A stretch of 64,000 bases of DNA, taken from the NCBI GenBank assembly GCA_913061275.1, contig CAJXSR010000007.1:29410-93409 (forward strand), in the 5' to 3' direction. Under the pieces are notes generated by a model. That model saw nothing but the letters and a program-made list of their open reading frames with translations. It searched no databases and was not told where the DNA came from. The stretch comes from an uncultured Rhodobacteraceae bacterium. GTDB taxonomy: Bacteria > Pseudomonadota > Alphaproteobacteria > Rhodobacterales > Rhodobacteraceae. Both the position numbers and the translations under genes were made by a program. Each line of letters opens with the position of its first letter. Position 1 is the stretch's first letter. Below, in pieces: positions 27,457 to 37,885 of the stretch.

Positions 27457-28959
27457 ATGAACACTATAACGGCGATTAAAGACGGCACAAATGACCCGCA
27501 AAGCGGTAAAATCCAAGTATCACCACATAATATCGAAGCTGAACAAGCGCTTTTAGGGGCTTTGCTGGTTAACAATGATGTGTATGACCGCGTGGCCGCC
27601 ATTGTGAACGAAATTCACTTCTATGACCCCGTACATGGCCGTATTTTTGAAATAGCCGCACAACGTATTCAGAAAAATGCTTTAGCGTCGCCCGTGACAC
27701 TAAAAGCGTTTATGGAAGATGACACAGGTTTAGCTGAACTGGGCGGGCCTGCGTATCTGGCGCGGCTTGCTGGGGCCTCTGTTTCGGTATTTGCAGCACG
27801 CGATTATGCCCAAATGATCTATGATCTGGCAATTCGGCGTGATCTGATGGCGATCGGTGAAGAAATCACTGATAAAGCCCAGCGCATGGAAGTTAGCAAT
27901 GAACCTGCGGAACAAATCGTTGAGGCCGAACAAAGACTTTATGCCCTGTCCGAACAAGGCCAGGTCGACAGCGGTTTTCAAAGCTTCCTAAGAGCCGTCA
28001 CAGATGCAGTGAACATGGCCAACGCTGCCTATCAGCGTGATGGTGGCATGGCAGGTACATCCACAGGATTGAACGATATGGATAAAAAACTGGGCGGTTT
28101 GCATCCGTCCGATTTGCTGATCCTTGCGGGGCGCCCGTCGATGGGTAAAACTGCATTGGCCACCAACATCGCCTATAATATTGCGAAGAATTACAAAAAG
28201 GGCACAAAGCCAGATGGTTCTATCGGGGCCGTACAAGGCGGCGTTGTTGGTTTTTATTCGCTAGAGATGTCATCAGAACAGCTGGCGGCACGTATCCTGT
28301 CGGAAGCGGCAGAAATTGAATCGCAGCGCATCCGTAGCGGTGAGATGACCGAAGAAGAATTTCGCCGTCTGGTAGAAGCGGCCAAAACCCTTGAAAGTTG
28401 CCCATTATTTATAGACGACACAGCGGCTTTGCCGATCAGTCAATTAGCAGCACGCGCGCGCCGTTTAAAACGCACCCACGGGCTAGACGTGTTAATCGTG
28501 GACTATCTGCAACTGGTGCGCCCCGCCTCTGCCAAAGACAGTCGCGTGAATGAAGTATCAGAGATTACCCAAGGGCTAAAAGCGATTGCCAAGGAACTGG
28601 ATATTCCAGTGATCGCCCTATCCCAGCTTTCACGCCAAGTGGAAAACCGCGAAGACAAACGCCCGCAACTGTCAGACTTGCGAGAGTCGGGTTCAATCGA
28701 GCAAGATGCGGATATTGTGATGTTCGTTTACCGTGGTGAATATTACAAAGAACGTGAAAAACCAGCCGACCATGAAGCCGATAAAATGATGTCTTGGCAG
28801 GCGGAAATGGAAGAATTGCACGGCAAGGCCGAAGTCATTATTGGCAAGCAACGCCACGGGCCTATTGGCACGGTTTCATTGGCGTTTGAAGGGCGATATA
28901 CACGTTTCACTGATCTTGCTCCATCGCGTTATGGCAGCCAAAATGATCAGGAATTTTAA
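27457..28959 (+). CDS. dnaB: Replicative DNA helicase DnaB
   Basis: PHNIEAEQALLGALL N-terminus, Walker A GRPSMGKTA, and DYLQL. ATG 27457 has an AGGGGA SD. The upstream extension in the track (27349) has no DnaB-like sequence. Confidence 0.95.
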   Translation: MNTITAIKDGTNDPQSGKIQVSPHNIEAEQALLGALLVNNDVYDRVAAIVNEIHFYDPVHGRIFEIAAQRIQKNALASPVTLKAFMEDDTGLAELGGPAYLARLAGASVSVFAARDYAQMIYDLAIRRDLMAIGEEITDKAQRMEVSNEPAEQIVEAEQRLYALSEQGQVDSGFQSFLRAVTDAVNMANAAYQRDGGMAGTSTGLNDMDKKLGGLHPSDLLILAGRPSMGKTALATNIAYNIAKNYKKGTKPDGSIGAVQGGVVGFYSLEMSSEQLAARILSEAAEIESQRIRSGEMTEEEFRRLVEAAKTLESCPLFIDDTAALPISQLAARARRLKRTHGLDVLIVDYLQLVRPASAKDSRVNEVSEITQGLKAIAKELDIPVIALSQLSRQVENREDKRPQLSDLRESGSIEQDADIVMFVYRGEYYKEREKPADHEADKMMSWQAEMEELHGKAEVIIGKQRHGPIGTVSLAFEGRYTRFTDLAPSRYGSQNDQEF

Positions 28960-30028
28960 GCGGCGGCATTTTTTAGGTGCAATAGCGGGGGCTACATGTA
29001 TGGCTAAGTCTGGATATGCCGCGTCTTATACGGGGTTACCTTCGGGTTATAAAGTACCCGCAGAAGACCTACCGCATACGCGTACATTCATGCAGTGGCC
29101 TAATAATCGCAAAGTTTACCGCGACCGTATATTCCTGCGCATGACGCAGCAAACTATCGCGAATATTGCCAATACAATCGCAGAGTTCGAACCTGTTATA
29201 ATGTTGGCCGATAAAGCTGAACACGGGCGTATTCGTAAACTGGTATCGGATCAGATTGAACTATGGGACATACCAACCGAAGACCTATGGTGCCGCGATG
29301 CAGGGCCTTTGTTTGCTGTGCATGAAACTAAGGGGCTGGCAGTTAGCAATCTGAATTTTAATGGCTGGGGCGAAAAACAGGTTCATACAAGTGACAGCCA
29401 AATTGCGGCCCTAGTGGCCAATCGTCTGGGGGTGCCGATCTATGATAGCGGGTTACACGGTGAAGCGGGTGGCGTGGAACAAGACGGGCATGGCACATTG
29501 GTGGCCCATGAAAGCTCTTGGATCATTAACAACCGAAACCGTTTGCCAAAAACAGAGGTGGAAGCGCGGCTTTTAACAGCCTTTGGCGCATCAAACATGG
29601 TTTGGGCTAAAGGCGTTAAGGGACAAGATATTACGGATTATCATATTGATAGTCTTGCGCGCTTTGTGGGTGAAAATCAGATTTTGATCCAATTACCAGA
29701 AGCCCCCGACTCTGATGACCCATGGTCAATCGCTGCATTTGAATCTTATGAAACCCTACAAGCCGCAAAATTGCATATGACTGTAATCCATGAACCTGTC
29801 AGGCCACGCATAAAATCTTATGACTTCGTTGCGGCTTATGCGAATTACTATGTCTGCAATGGTGCTGTTATAGCGGCTGAATTTGGCGATACTGAAACTG
29901 ACGCAGCCGCCAAGGTTGCCTTGCAAAAGCTGTATCCTGACCGCGAGATCATCACCATGAACGTAGATAGTTTAGGTGAATTGGGCGGCGGCATTCACTG
30001 TGCCACACAACAACAACCCGCGATTTAA
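28931..30028 (+). CDS. Agmatine deiminase / porphyromonas-type peptidyl-arginine deiminase family protein with a Tat-type signal
   Basis: KRRHFLGAIAG twin-arginine motif, WCRDAGP, and C-terminal GGGIHCATQQQP catalytic Cys. Start is 28931 or 28943, overlapping the dnaB 3' end. Confidence 0.82.
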   Translation: MAAKMIRNFKRRHFLGAIAGATCMAKSGYAASYTGLPSGYKVPAEDLPHTRTFMQWPNNRKVYRDRIFLRMTQQTIANIANTIAEFEPVIMLADKAEHGRIRKLVSDQIELWDIPTEDLWCRDAGPLFAVHETKGLAVSNLNFNGWGEKQVHTSDSQIAALVANRLGVPIYDSGLHGEAGGVEQDGHGTLVAHESSWIINNRNRLPKTEVEARLLTAFGASNMVWAKGVKGQDITDYHIDSLARFVGENQILIQLPEAPDSDDPWSIAAFESYETLQAAKLHMTVIHEPVRPRIKSYDFVAAYANYYVCNGAVIAAEFGDTETDAAAKVALQKLYPDREIITMNVDSLGELGGGIHCATQQQPAI

Positions 30029-30146
30029 TTCGACTAGACCGATCAAAATTTCGATGCTAGCGTTTACCCCATGAAGACATGTGATCAAAACCTTGTAGTG
30101 CTGGAACGCCACGCCTACCATCGCAGAAAGCGGTTTGAAGGATAGC

Positions 30147-30160
30147 TGGGCTACGGCCCA
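30147..30160. repeat. REP-like palindrome core (TGGGCTACGGCCCA)
   Basis: Same TGGGCTA-NN-GCCCA core as the 14.4-kb copies. Confidence 0.45.
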
Positions 30161-30199
30161 AAATAATCCTTATTTACCAAACAAAATGCGAGAGAACCC

Positions 30200-31153
30200 A
30201 TGACTGAATTCACCGAAATTCCTATACTTGATGTAAGCCCATTATTTGACGGCACCGATGCGGATAAGGCCAAACTGGTGGCTGATTTTCAACACGCCTA
30301 TGGCACAACTGGCTTTGGCTATATCATCAATCACGGCATTGATCCTGATATACAAAACGCGGTTTTTGCCGCGTCATCCCAGTTTCATGCTTTACCAATG
30401 GCAGCCAAAATGGCCGTAAAGCTGAACCATTTACATCGGGGTTATATTCCGATTAACACCTCAACAGATGTAAATTCCAAACTAGCGGATGTAAAAAAAC
30501 CAAATCAATCCGCAAGTTTTATGATGATGCGCGAAGATATTGCAGAAATTCCCGATCAGTTTCTGTCTGGCCCTAATCAATGGCCTGATCTGGACGGATT
30601 TCGCCCTGCCCTTGAAGCCTATGCAAAAGCCATGTCTGATTTGGGGCGCAGGCTAATGCACATCGCTTTGTTGGCAGCGGGGGCCAACCCGCAGGATTTT
30701 ATGGCAGCTTTTGACACACCGACAACATGGTTGCGCTTATTGCATTATCCACCTACATCGCCGCAGTCGCCCGATGATCTGTATGGATCAGCGCCGCACA
30801 CCGATTTTGGATGCCTGACGCTGTTGGCACAAGATGATGTTGGCGGTTTGCAGGTTAAAACCCCCGCCGGAAATTGGGTGGATGCACCGCGCATAGAAGG
30901 TTCTTTTGTGGTCAATGTCGGTGATATGCTGCACCGTTTGTCAAACGGACGGTTACTATCAACCCCGCACCGCGTCATCAACCAATCAGGCCGTGAACGC
31001 TATTCCTGCCCGTTTTTCTATGACCCTCATGTTACCGCTGATATTAAACCTTTGGCTGGTACTGGTACGCCAAAGTTTAACCCAATCAATTTCGGTGATT
31101 TTTTACGTGGGGAATTGCAAGCGGGCTACGATCAGCATAAAGCTGCACTCTAA
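30200..31153 (+). CDS. 2-oxoglutarate/Fe(II)-dependent oxygenase (isopenicillin N synthase-like family)
   Basis: HTDFGCLTLL...GGLQV...STPHRV facial-triad pattern. Confidence 0.85.
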   Translation: MTEFTEIPILDVSPLFDGTDADKAKLVADFQHAYGTTGFGYIINHGIDPDIQNAVFAASSQFHALPMAAKMAVKLNHLHRGYIPINTSTDVNSKLADVKKPNQSASFMMMREDIAEIPDQFLSGPNQWPDLDGFRPALEAYAKAMSDLGRRLMHIALLAAGANPQDFMAAFDTPTTWLRLLHYPPTSPQSPDDLYGSAPHTDFGCLTLLAQDDVGGLQVKTPAGNWVDAPRIEGSFVVNVGDMLHRLSNGRLLSTPHRVINQSGRERYSCPFFYDPHVTADIKPLAGTGTPKFNPINFGDFLRGELQAGYDQHKAAL

Positions 31154-31195
31154 AGGTGCATTCCGCGCCTTAAATGAACCCATGAAGGCCAATTT

Positions 31196-32236
31196 ATGAC
31201 CACCGCAATTCTGACCATTGATCTGAACGCGATCGTTGCAAATTGGCGCGCATTAGATGCGATTTGTGCAAGCAATGTTGAAACTGCTGCCGTGGTTAAG
31301 GCAGATGGATATGGATTAGGTGCAGGCAAAGTTGCCGAAGCGTTAGCCAAGGCAGGCGTACGTAGCTTTTTTGTAGCTATGGCCGAAGAAGGGGTTGCGG
31401 TGCGCAAAGCGGTTGGCAATGACCCTGCAATCTATGTGTTTTCTGGGCTAATGGCGACGGATGCGGGGCTAATCCACGATTACAACCTTATCCCAATGCT
31501 GAATTCCCCGGCACAACTGGTTAAGTTTCGCATGGGGCTACCAGACAATGCATATGGCATTCAATTAGACACAGGCATGAACCGCCTTGGCCTAGAGCCC
31601 TCTGAATTTATGATGATGCGCGACAAGGCCGAAAATGCAGCCCAGATTATCAGCCATCTTGCCTGTGCGGATGAGCCAGAGCATGCACAAAACAAACAAC
31701 AGCTGGATCAATTCAACGCAATGACAAACGGCATGTCTGTCCCGCGTTCACTTGCCGCAACTGGGGGTATTTTACTTGGCCCAGAATATCATTTCGATCT
31801 TGTCCGCCCAGGTGTAGGCCTATACGGCGGTGAGCCGTTTAAGGCTGGCAAGGCGGTTGTTAACCTGTCTTTGCCCGTCATCCAAACCCGACAGTTAGAG
31901 GTTGGTGAAACTGTGGGCTATGCCGCCCTATGGCAGGCAAAACGCCCAACGAAAATTGCAACAGTTGCCGCAGGCTATGCCGATGGGTTAATCCGCGCGA
32001 TGGGAAATGGCCCAGCAATGCTATGGGCTGGCAACACGCCTTGCCCTATTGTAGGCCGCGTTTCGATGGACTTGATAACGGTTGATGTAACTGATCTGAA
32101 CAAGGTACCTGATTGCATGGAAATTCTAAACCAGCATCAAACTGTTGACCTTTTAGCGCAATCGGCAGACACAATCGGGTATGAAATATTAACCAGCCTT
32201 GGCGCGCGGTATAAACGCGCTTATATAGGCGACTGA
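31196..32236 (+). CDS. alr: Alanine racemase
   Basis: PLP-lysine motif [11 protein letters not shown]; 346 aa. Confidence 0.92.
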   Translation: MTTAILTIDLNAIVANWRALDAICASNVETAAVVKADGYGLGAGKVAEALAKAGVRSFFVAMAEEGVAVRKAVGNDPAIYVFSGLMATDAGLIHDYNLIPMLNSPAQLVKFRMGLPDNAYGIQLDTGMNRLGLEPSEFMMMRDKAENAAQIISHLACADEPEHAQNKQQLDQFNAMTNGMSVPRSLAATGGILLGPEYHFDLVRPGVGLYGGEPFKAGKAVVNLSLPVIQTRQLEVGETVGYAALWQAKRPTKIATVAAGYADGLIRAMGNGPAMLWAGNTPCPIVGRVSMDLITVDVTDLNKVPDCMEILNQHQTVDLLAQSADTIGYEILTSLGARYKRAYIGD

Positions 32237-32245
32237 ATTTAACGG

Positions 32246-33040
32246 ATGAGTAACAGTGTGATACAGGTAATAGACGGATTTTTAGCAAATATTGGGCGTA
32301 CAGTTCTAGCCTTGTTCGAAAGCATCGGGCAACTGGTTATTTTTGCGGCCCTTGCAGTAAGCCATATTTTTCGCCCGCCTTTCTATTTGGGTTCTTTTGG
32401 CCGGCAGTTAATGCATATTGGGTTTTTTTCGCTACCCGTGGTAGGTCTAACAGCCCTTTTCACAGGTGGCGCACTAGCATTGCAAATTTATTCTGGTGGT
32501 GCGCGTTTCAGTGCCGAGGCCGTAGTACCGTCAGTAGTGGCCATTGCCATGGTGCGCGAATTAGGCCCGGTTTTGGGCGGTTTGATGGTTGCGGGGCGTG
32601 TTTCGGCATCTATCGCGGCTGAGCTGGGCACGATGCGTGTTACTGAACAGATTGACGCGCTGACAACACTTTCAACAAACCCGATGAAATATCTGGTGGC
32701 CCCCCGCCTGCTGGCTGCAACCCTTGTGATGCCAATTCTGGTGTTTATTGGCGACACTATTGGCATTATGGGCGGTTTTCTGGTTGGCACAAACCGGCTG
32801 GGATTTAATGGTGCCACATATTTGCAAAACACATGGAATTTTCTAGAAGCCGACGACATTATTTCAGGCCTTATCAAAGCGGCGGTCTTTGGTTTTATTG
32901 TGGCCCTTCTAGGGTGCTATAACGGCTATCATTCAGGGCGCGGCGCAATGGGTGTGGGGCGTGCAACTACCAATGCAGTTGTTTCTGCATCCGTTCTGAT
33001 CCTCGCGTCTAACTACATATTAACAGAGATGTTTTTCTAA
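32246..33040 (+). CDS. mlaE: MlaE-family ABC transporter permease
   Basis: 264 aa with typical MlaE segments (REMGPVL-like RELGPVLGGLMVAGRVSASIAAELGTMRVTEQIDAL). Confidence 0.9.
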   Translation: MSNSVIQVIDGFLANIGRTVLALFESIGQLVIFAALAVSHIFRPPFYLGSFGRQLMHIGFFSLPVVGLTALFTGGALALQIYSGGARFSAEAVVPSVVAIAMVRELGPVLGGLMVAGRVSASIAAELGTMRVTEQIDALTTLSTNPMKYLVAPRLLAATLVMPILVFIGDTIGIMGGFLVGTNRLGFNGATYLQNTWNFLEADDIISGLIKAAVFGFIVALLGCYNGYHSGRGAMGVGRATTNAVVSASVLILASNYILTEMFF

Positions 33041-33042
33041 TC

Positions 33043-33789
33043 ATGATTTCGATAAAAAACCTGCATAAATCTTTTGGTGATAACGTTGTTTTAAGCGGCG
33101 TGAATGTACATGTGTCGGCGGGGCATTCGCTGGTGGTTATTGGTGGCTCTGGTACAGGGAAATCAGTGCTGTTGAAATGCATTCTGGGTTTGATTACGCC
33201 TGATAGTGGCACCATTGAGGTGAACGGCATCAACCCCAACTCGGGCAACCGTGAAGCATTTCTGGATCAGTTTGGTATGTTGTTTCAAGGGGGTGCACTT
33301 TTTGACAGCCTGCCTGTTTGGCAAAACGTATCTTTTCGGCTGTTACAGGGCAAACACCGTTTATCAAAGGACGATGCCCGCGATATTGCTGTAGAAAAAC
33401 TGCGCCGTGTGGGGCTAAAAGCCAGTGTTGCCGATCAATTACCAGCCGAGTTATCAGGCGGAATGCAAAAACGCGTGGGCCTTGCCCGTGCAATAGCCGC
33501 AGAACCAGAGATTATCTTTTTTGATGAACCAACCACTGGGCTAGACCCGATTATGTCTGGTGTTATCAATGAATTGGTCCGTGAAATTGTGGTAGAAATG
33601 GGCGCAACTGCCATAACGATCACCCATGACATGAGCTCGGTTCGCGCCATTGCTGATGAAGTGGCGATGATCCACGAAGGCGTGGTGCAATGGACGGGGC
33701 CTATAGGCAACATTGATAGCAGTGGTGATCCGTATCTTGACCAGTTTATAAACGCACGCCCCCATGGGCCTATAGAGTCGGTTAGGTGA
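33043..33789 (+). CDS. mlaF: MlaF-family ABC transporter ATP-binding protein
   Basis: Walker A GGSGTGKS, signature LSGGMQKRVGLARA, Walker B IIFFDEPTTGLD. Confidence 0.9.
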   Translation: MISIKNLHKSFGDNVVLSGVNVHVSAGHSLVVIGGSGTGKSVLLKCILGLITPDSGTIEVNGINPNSGNREAFLDQFGMLFQGGALFDSLPVWQNVSFRLLQGKHRLSKDDARDIAVEKLRRVGLKASVADQLPAELSGGMQKRVGLARAIAAEPEIIFFDEPTTGLDPIMSGVINELVREIVVEMGATAITITHDMSSVRAIADEVAMIHEGVVQWTGPIGNIDSSGDPYLDQFINARPHGPIESVR

Positions 33790-34036
33790 CATACTCTGAT
33801 AAATCAACAATAAATCGAAAACCAAGAATACCTTTCAATATTACACATCCCAAGCATCAGGGCAGCATCTGATCCTAGTTTGGGTGAGAATACGTCTCAC
33901 TTAGGGGGAGTCGGACGCGGGCAGAGTCTATAGACGAAGGTCTTGATGTTATAGGGTATGCCAATTTTTTATTATCCTTTTGCATTTGCGTCAAAATTTC
34001 ATAACAATCACCATAGCTAAGCTTAAAGACGTTAAA

Positions 34037-34444
34037 ATGTTTTCGATAACCAAAGAAGATTTAGAATTCGGGGGTTTCATAGCCCTATTGGCCATAACCA
34101 TACTCACACCTATCATAAGCTTCATAGCCACGTTACTTTTCGGTTATTTCGACCCCAAACGCCGCTTAAAACCTACATGGGCACAAAAGCGTAACTGGGT
34201 TTTAATTATCACCTGTATAACATGGGTATTTGCCGTTTTATTTTATGAAATCTACACCCCTTTTTTGCCGGGGCCTATCATTAATGGGTTAACCATTGGG
34301 CATTTGTTTTTCTGCCTTTGCTTTCTTGTGATCGCCAAAGAACTGTTAAACATTATAACTGGCTACAATCTTGGTAAGCGTGTGATGTTTACCTTGGGTG
34401 TAAATACGGTATGTCTTGGTATGGTATTGATGCTCGTAAACTGA
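34037..34444 (+). CDS. Hypothetical AT-rich membrane protein (orphan)
   Basis: 135 aa with 4 hydrophobic helices. One 60-nt row (34201-34260) counted by hand gives 32% G+C. Confidence 0.5.
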   Translation: MFSITKEDLEFGGFIALLAITILTPIISFIATLLFGYFDPKRRLKPTWAQKRNWVLIITCITWVFAVLFYEIYTPFLPGPIINGLTIGHLFFCLCFLVIAKELLNIITGYNLGKRVMFTLGVNTVCLGMVLMLVN

Positions 34445-34460
34445 AAACGGAAACCACCAA

Positions 34461-35354
34461 ATGAAAATTGCAACTGCAACCTACCCCATCGACTGGCATG
34501 ATAACTGGGCATCTTATGAGGCTAAAATCACCCAATGGGTTGCAGATGCGGCACAAAACGGGGCTGATTTACTGGTGTTTCCAGAATATGGCGCGATGGA
34601 ATTGGCGTCTCTTGCAGGGGCCGATGCGGCGGGTGATGTGGAACAGTCTATGCGTGCGGTTAATGCGTTATTACCACAAGCAAACGCGCTTTATGCCGAT
34701 CTGGCGATGCAACATAATGTGCATATCCTAGGGGCCAGTGCGCCTTGCTATGATGGTACCGTGCGGCCCTCAAACCGTGCGGTATTTTTTGCCCCTAACG
34801 GCACACAATCATACCAAGACAAACAGATCATGACGCGCTTTGAACGGGCGTTAATGGACGTAAAGCCCAATGGGCCCTTAACTGTTTTTGATACGGCTTT
34901 AGGCAAAATCGGGGTGATTATTTGTTATGACAGCGAATTTCCTGATTTGGCCCGCGCCCTGATTGAAGCGGGCGTAGAGATTCTGTTGGCACCGTCTTGC
35001 ACGTCTTCGGTGGCAGGCTATTGGCGGGTGCGCATTGGTGCTATGGCGCGTGCTTTGGAAAGCCAGTGCATTGTCGTGCATTCGCCTACAACTGGGGATG
35101 CCGCGTGGAACCCCACGGTTGACATAAATATCGGGGCCGCTGCAATTTACGGCCCACCCGATATGGGGTTTCCCGATACAGGTGTTCTGGCAGAGGGTGT
35201 GATGAACGAGCCTGCTTGGGTTTACGCGGATGTTTCACTTGATGCCATTCGTGCCGTTCGCGGTGATGGGCGGGTGTTGAATATGACCCACTGGGCAGAG
35301 CAACCAGAACGGGTTGCAAAGGTGACGGTTGCAACAATGCTGGATGCAACATAA
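34461..35354 (+). CDS. Carbon-nitrogen hydrolase (nitrilase superfamily)
   Basis: E-K-C triad context: VFPEYG, QDKQ, IICYDSEFP. Confidence 0.85.
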   Translation: MKIATATYPIDWHDNWASYEAKITQWVADAAQNGADLLVFPEYGAMELASLAGADAAGDVEQSMRAVNALLPQANALYADLAMQHNVHILGASAPCYDGTVRPSNRAVFFAPNGTQSYQDKQIMTRFERALMDVKPNGPLTVFDTALGKIGVIICYDSEFPDLARALIEAGVEILLAPSCTSSVAGYWRVRIGAMARALESQCIVVHSPTTGDAAWNPTVDINIGAAAIYGPPDMGFPDTGVLAEGVMNEPAWVYADVSLDAIRAVRGDGRVLNMTHWAEQPERVAKVTVATMLDAT

Positions 35355-35817
35355 GCCTGTGCTACGCCTTTTAAACCTTTCCTTATTTATCCTGTTTCCA
35401 ATCGCTTGGGCCGCACCGTTAATGCGTGCAGGCCTATTGCCGTTTTTTTCACTTGATGAAATATCCATTCTAACCGGCATTGCTGACTTATGGGGCAAAG
35501 ACATGATCTTGGCTGTTCTTGTTGCCTTTTTTGCCCTGATAGCCCCGATCATTAAAGTTGCGGGAACCGCGTTGATACAGTTTGATATGGTGAATAGAAA
35601 TGCCCTGCCGTTTCTGTCTATTCTGGGCAAATTGGCAATGGCGGATGTGTTTTTGGTCGCCATATACATTGTTCTGGCCAAAGGTGTGGGTGTTGGACGT
35701 CTTGAAACTGCCTGGGGGCTATATTTATTCACGTTTTGTGTGTTGTTGTCTTACGCAATTACATTATCGGAAAAAACGAAAGGTAACGGGCTTGCCGAAC
35801 GCAATTCACCCCGTTAA
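35344..35817 (+). CDS. Paraquat-inducible protein A (PqiA) single-domain homolog
   Basis: PLMRAGLLPFF..., LAMADVFLVAIYIV typical of PqiA repeats. Confidence 0.75.
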   Translation: MQHKPVLRLLNLSLFILFPIAWAAPLMRAGLLPFFSLDEISILTGIADLWGKDMILAVLVAFFALIAPIIKVAGTALIQFDMVNRNALPFLSILGKLAMADVFLVAIYIVLAKGVGVGRLETAWGLYLFTFCVLLSYAITLSEKTKGNGLAERNSPR

Positions 35818-35828
35818 ACCATTGCTAA

Positions 35829-37202
35829 ATGGCCAAGCAAAACACATCTTTTACCTGCATGAAATGCGGTGCCTCCCATAAAAAATGGGCAGGCCGTTGT
35901 GATACCTGTGGCGACTGGAATTCTATCACTGAAGAAGCACCACTGGCAGCAGGCCCGTCGGGGAAAACTTTGGGTGCAAGTAAAGGGCGCAAAGTCGCAT
36001 TGGGCGATTTGTCCGAAATTGACAAACCCCTGCCCCGTATGTCCAGCGGTATTGATGAGTTTGATCGCGCATTGGGCGGTGGTGTGGTACCTGCAAGTGT
36101 TATTTTAGTTGGTGGCGATCCTGGCATCGGAAAATCAACCCTTCTGTTGCAAGCCGCTGCAAGTTTTGCGCGCTCTGGCAAAAAAGCAATTTATGTTTCA
36201 GGCGAAGAAGCCCCATCCCAAATTCGGATGCGCGCACAGCGGCTGGGCCTGACCGATGCACCTGTTAAACTGGCCGCAGAAACCAACCTGCGCGATATTA
36301 TCACCACCTTAGAAAATGAACGCCCAGACATAGCGATTATCGATTCTGTACAAACCATGTGGGCTGACAATGTAGACAGTGCCCCTGGATCAGTATCACA
36401 GGTACGTGCAACAGCGCATGAATTGGTGACATTTGCCAAACGGCGCGGCGTGGCCATAGTTTTGGTAGGTCATGTAACCAAAGAAGGCCAAATCGCAGGC
36501 CCCCGCGTGGTTGAACATATGGTCGACACGGTGCTTTACTTTGAAGGCGAGCGCGGACACCAGTTTCGAATTTTACGGGCTGTAAAAAACCGCTTTGGCC
36601 CTGCCGATGAAATAGGTGTGTTTGAAATGACAGGCGAAGGCTTGCAACAAGTCATCAACCCGTCCGCATTGTTTTTATCCGACCGTGAAAGTCAGGCCTC
36701 TGGTTCAGTTGTATTTGCAGGAATGGAAGGCACCCGACCTGTTTTGGTGGAAATTCAGGCATTAGTTGCACAATCCTCACTAGGCTCACCGCGCCGCAAT
36801 GTAGTTGGCTGGGACAACAGTCGTCTATCGATGATTTTGGCTGTACTAGAATCGCGTTGCGGCATCGGGTTTGGAAACATGGATGTGTACCTGAATATAG
36901 CAGGCGGCATGCGCATATCAGAACCTGCCGCTGATTTAGCCGTTGCAGCTGCACTGGTTTCTGCCCGTGAAGATATATCTTTACAAAAAGACACGGTTGT
37001 TTTTGGCGAAATTAGCCTGTCTGGGGCATTGCGTCCCATTGCACAGGCCGAGAATAGGCTTAAAGAAGCAAAAAAACTTGGGTTTTCGGCAGCTTTTGCA
37101 CCATCAATGATGAAACTTGCTGACAAATCTGGCATGAAGGTTCATATGGTAGAGGACGTAGGCAGTTTTATCACTGACTGCTTTGGCGAAATAGACGCCT
37201 GA
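35829..37202 (+). CDS. radA: DNA repair protein RadA/Sms
   Basis: Zinc finger CMKCGASHKKWAGRCDTCGDWNS, Walker A GGDPGIGKST, KNRFG motif, Lon-like C-terminus. Confidence 0.96.
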   Translation: MAKQNTSFTCMKCGASHKKWAGRCDTCGDWNSITEEAPLAAGPSGKTLGASKGRKVALGDLSEIDKPLPRMSSGIDEFDRALGGGVVPASVILVGGDPGIGKSTLLLQAAASFARSGKKAIYVSGEEAPSQIRMRAQRLGLTDAPVKLAAETNLRDIITTLENERPDIAIIDSVQTMWADNVDSAPGSVSQVRATAHELVTFAKRRGVAIVLVGHVTKEGQIAGPRVVEHMVDTVLYFEGERGHQFRILRAVKNRFGPADEIGVFEMTGEGLQQVINPSALFLSDRESQASGSVVFAGMEGTRPVLVEIQALVAQSSLGSPRRNVVGWDNSRLSMILAVLESRCGIGFGNMDVYLNIAGGMRISEPAADLAVAAALVSAREDISLQKDTVVFGEISLSGALRPIAQAENRLKEAKKLGFSAAFAPSMMKLADKSGMKVHMVEDVGSFITDCFGEIDA

Positions 37203-37213
37203 AAGGGAGAATA

Positions 37214-37795
37214 ATGGACGGATTTACACTTGTAGACGGTATCGTCGCGGCAATAATACTGGTCTCGGCAATATTGGCATACTCGCGCGGCCTAGTGCGT
37301 GAGATCCTGTCTATAGCAGGCTGGGTGGTTTCTGCCATTGTCGCATTTGTCTTTGCCCCTAAGTTCGAGCCGTTAATCCGCGAAATTCCAGGGGCCAACG
37401 ATTTTTTTGGCACCACATGTGAACTATCCATCATCGCCGCATTCGCAAGTGTATTTGCACTGGCACTTATTGTTTCATCCATCTTTACGCCGATCTTTTC
37501 AGGCATGGTGCAAAACTCGGTTCTGGGTGGAATGGACCAAGGATTAGGGTTTTTGTTTGGGGCCGCACGCGGTGTGGTTTTGATACTGGTAGGCTTGGTT
37601 GCCTACACACATATAGGCTCAACAGTTGAAATGGTTGAAGTTTCAAAAACAAAAGAACTTTTGGCGGTTAGCCAAGATAAAGTACAAGGGATGATCCCGA
37701 CAGAGTACCCCGATTGGATTGTTCAGCGATATGAAGACCTTACGGGAACTTGTGGTGTAAAAGGCAGCACCACATCTGGTACAACGGCCAACTAA
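37214..37795 (+). CDS. cvpA: CvpA-family membrane protein
   Basis: N-terminal VDGIVAAIILVSAILAYSRGLVREILS. Conserved radA-cvpA-purF order. Confidence 0.88.
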   Translation: MDGFTLVDGIVAAIILVSAILAYSRGLVREILSIAGWVVSAIVAFVFAPKFEPLIREIPGANDFFGTTCELSIIAAFASVFALALIVSSIFTPIFSGMVQNSVLGGMDQGLGFLFGAARGVVLILVGLVAYTHIGSTVEMVEVSKTKELLAVSQDKVQGMIPTEYPDWIVQRYEDLTGTCGVKGSTTSGTTAN

Positions 37796-37885
37796 CATGC
37801 AAACATATGTGGAACAGGTAATGACAAACACCAGACTTCCACAGTATAGAGGCCCTATCCTGCAAGCTGCCGAGTCGGAGCCTAC

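Noticed and set aside
33884-33900. GTGAGA-atacg-TCTCAC hairpin in the mlaF-orphan gene spacer as another REP copy
   Set aside because: The stem sequence and flanks do not match the GTGGGCT-WW-AGCCCAC family. It is an isolated small hairpin.
35235-35732. 165-aa minus-strand ORF overlapping the CN-hydrolase end and pqiA
   Set aside because: It lies antisense to two genes with clear family motifs and has no start context or motif of its own.
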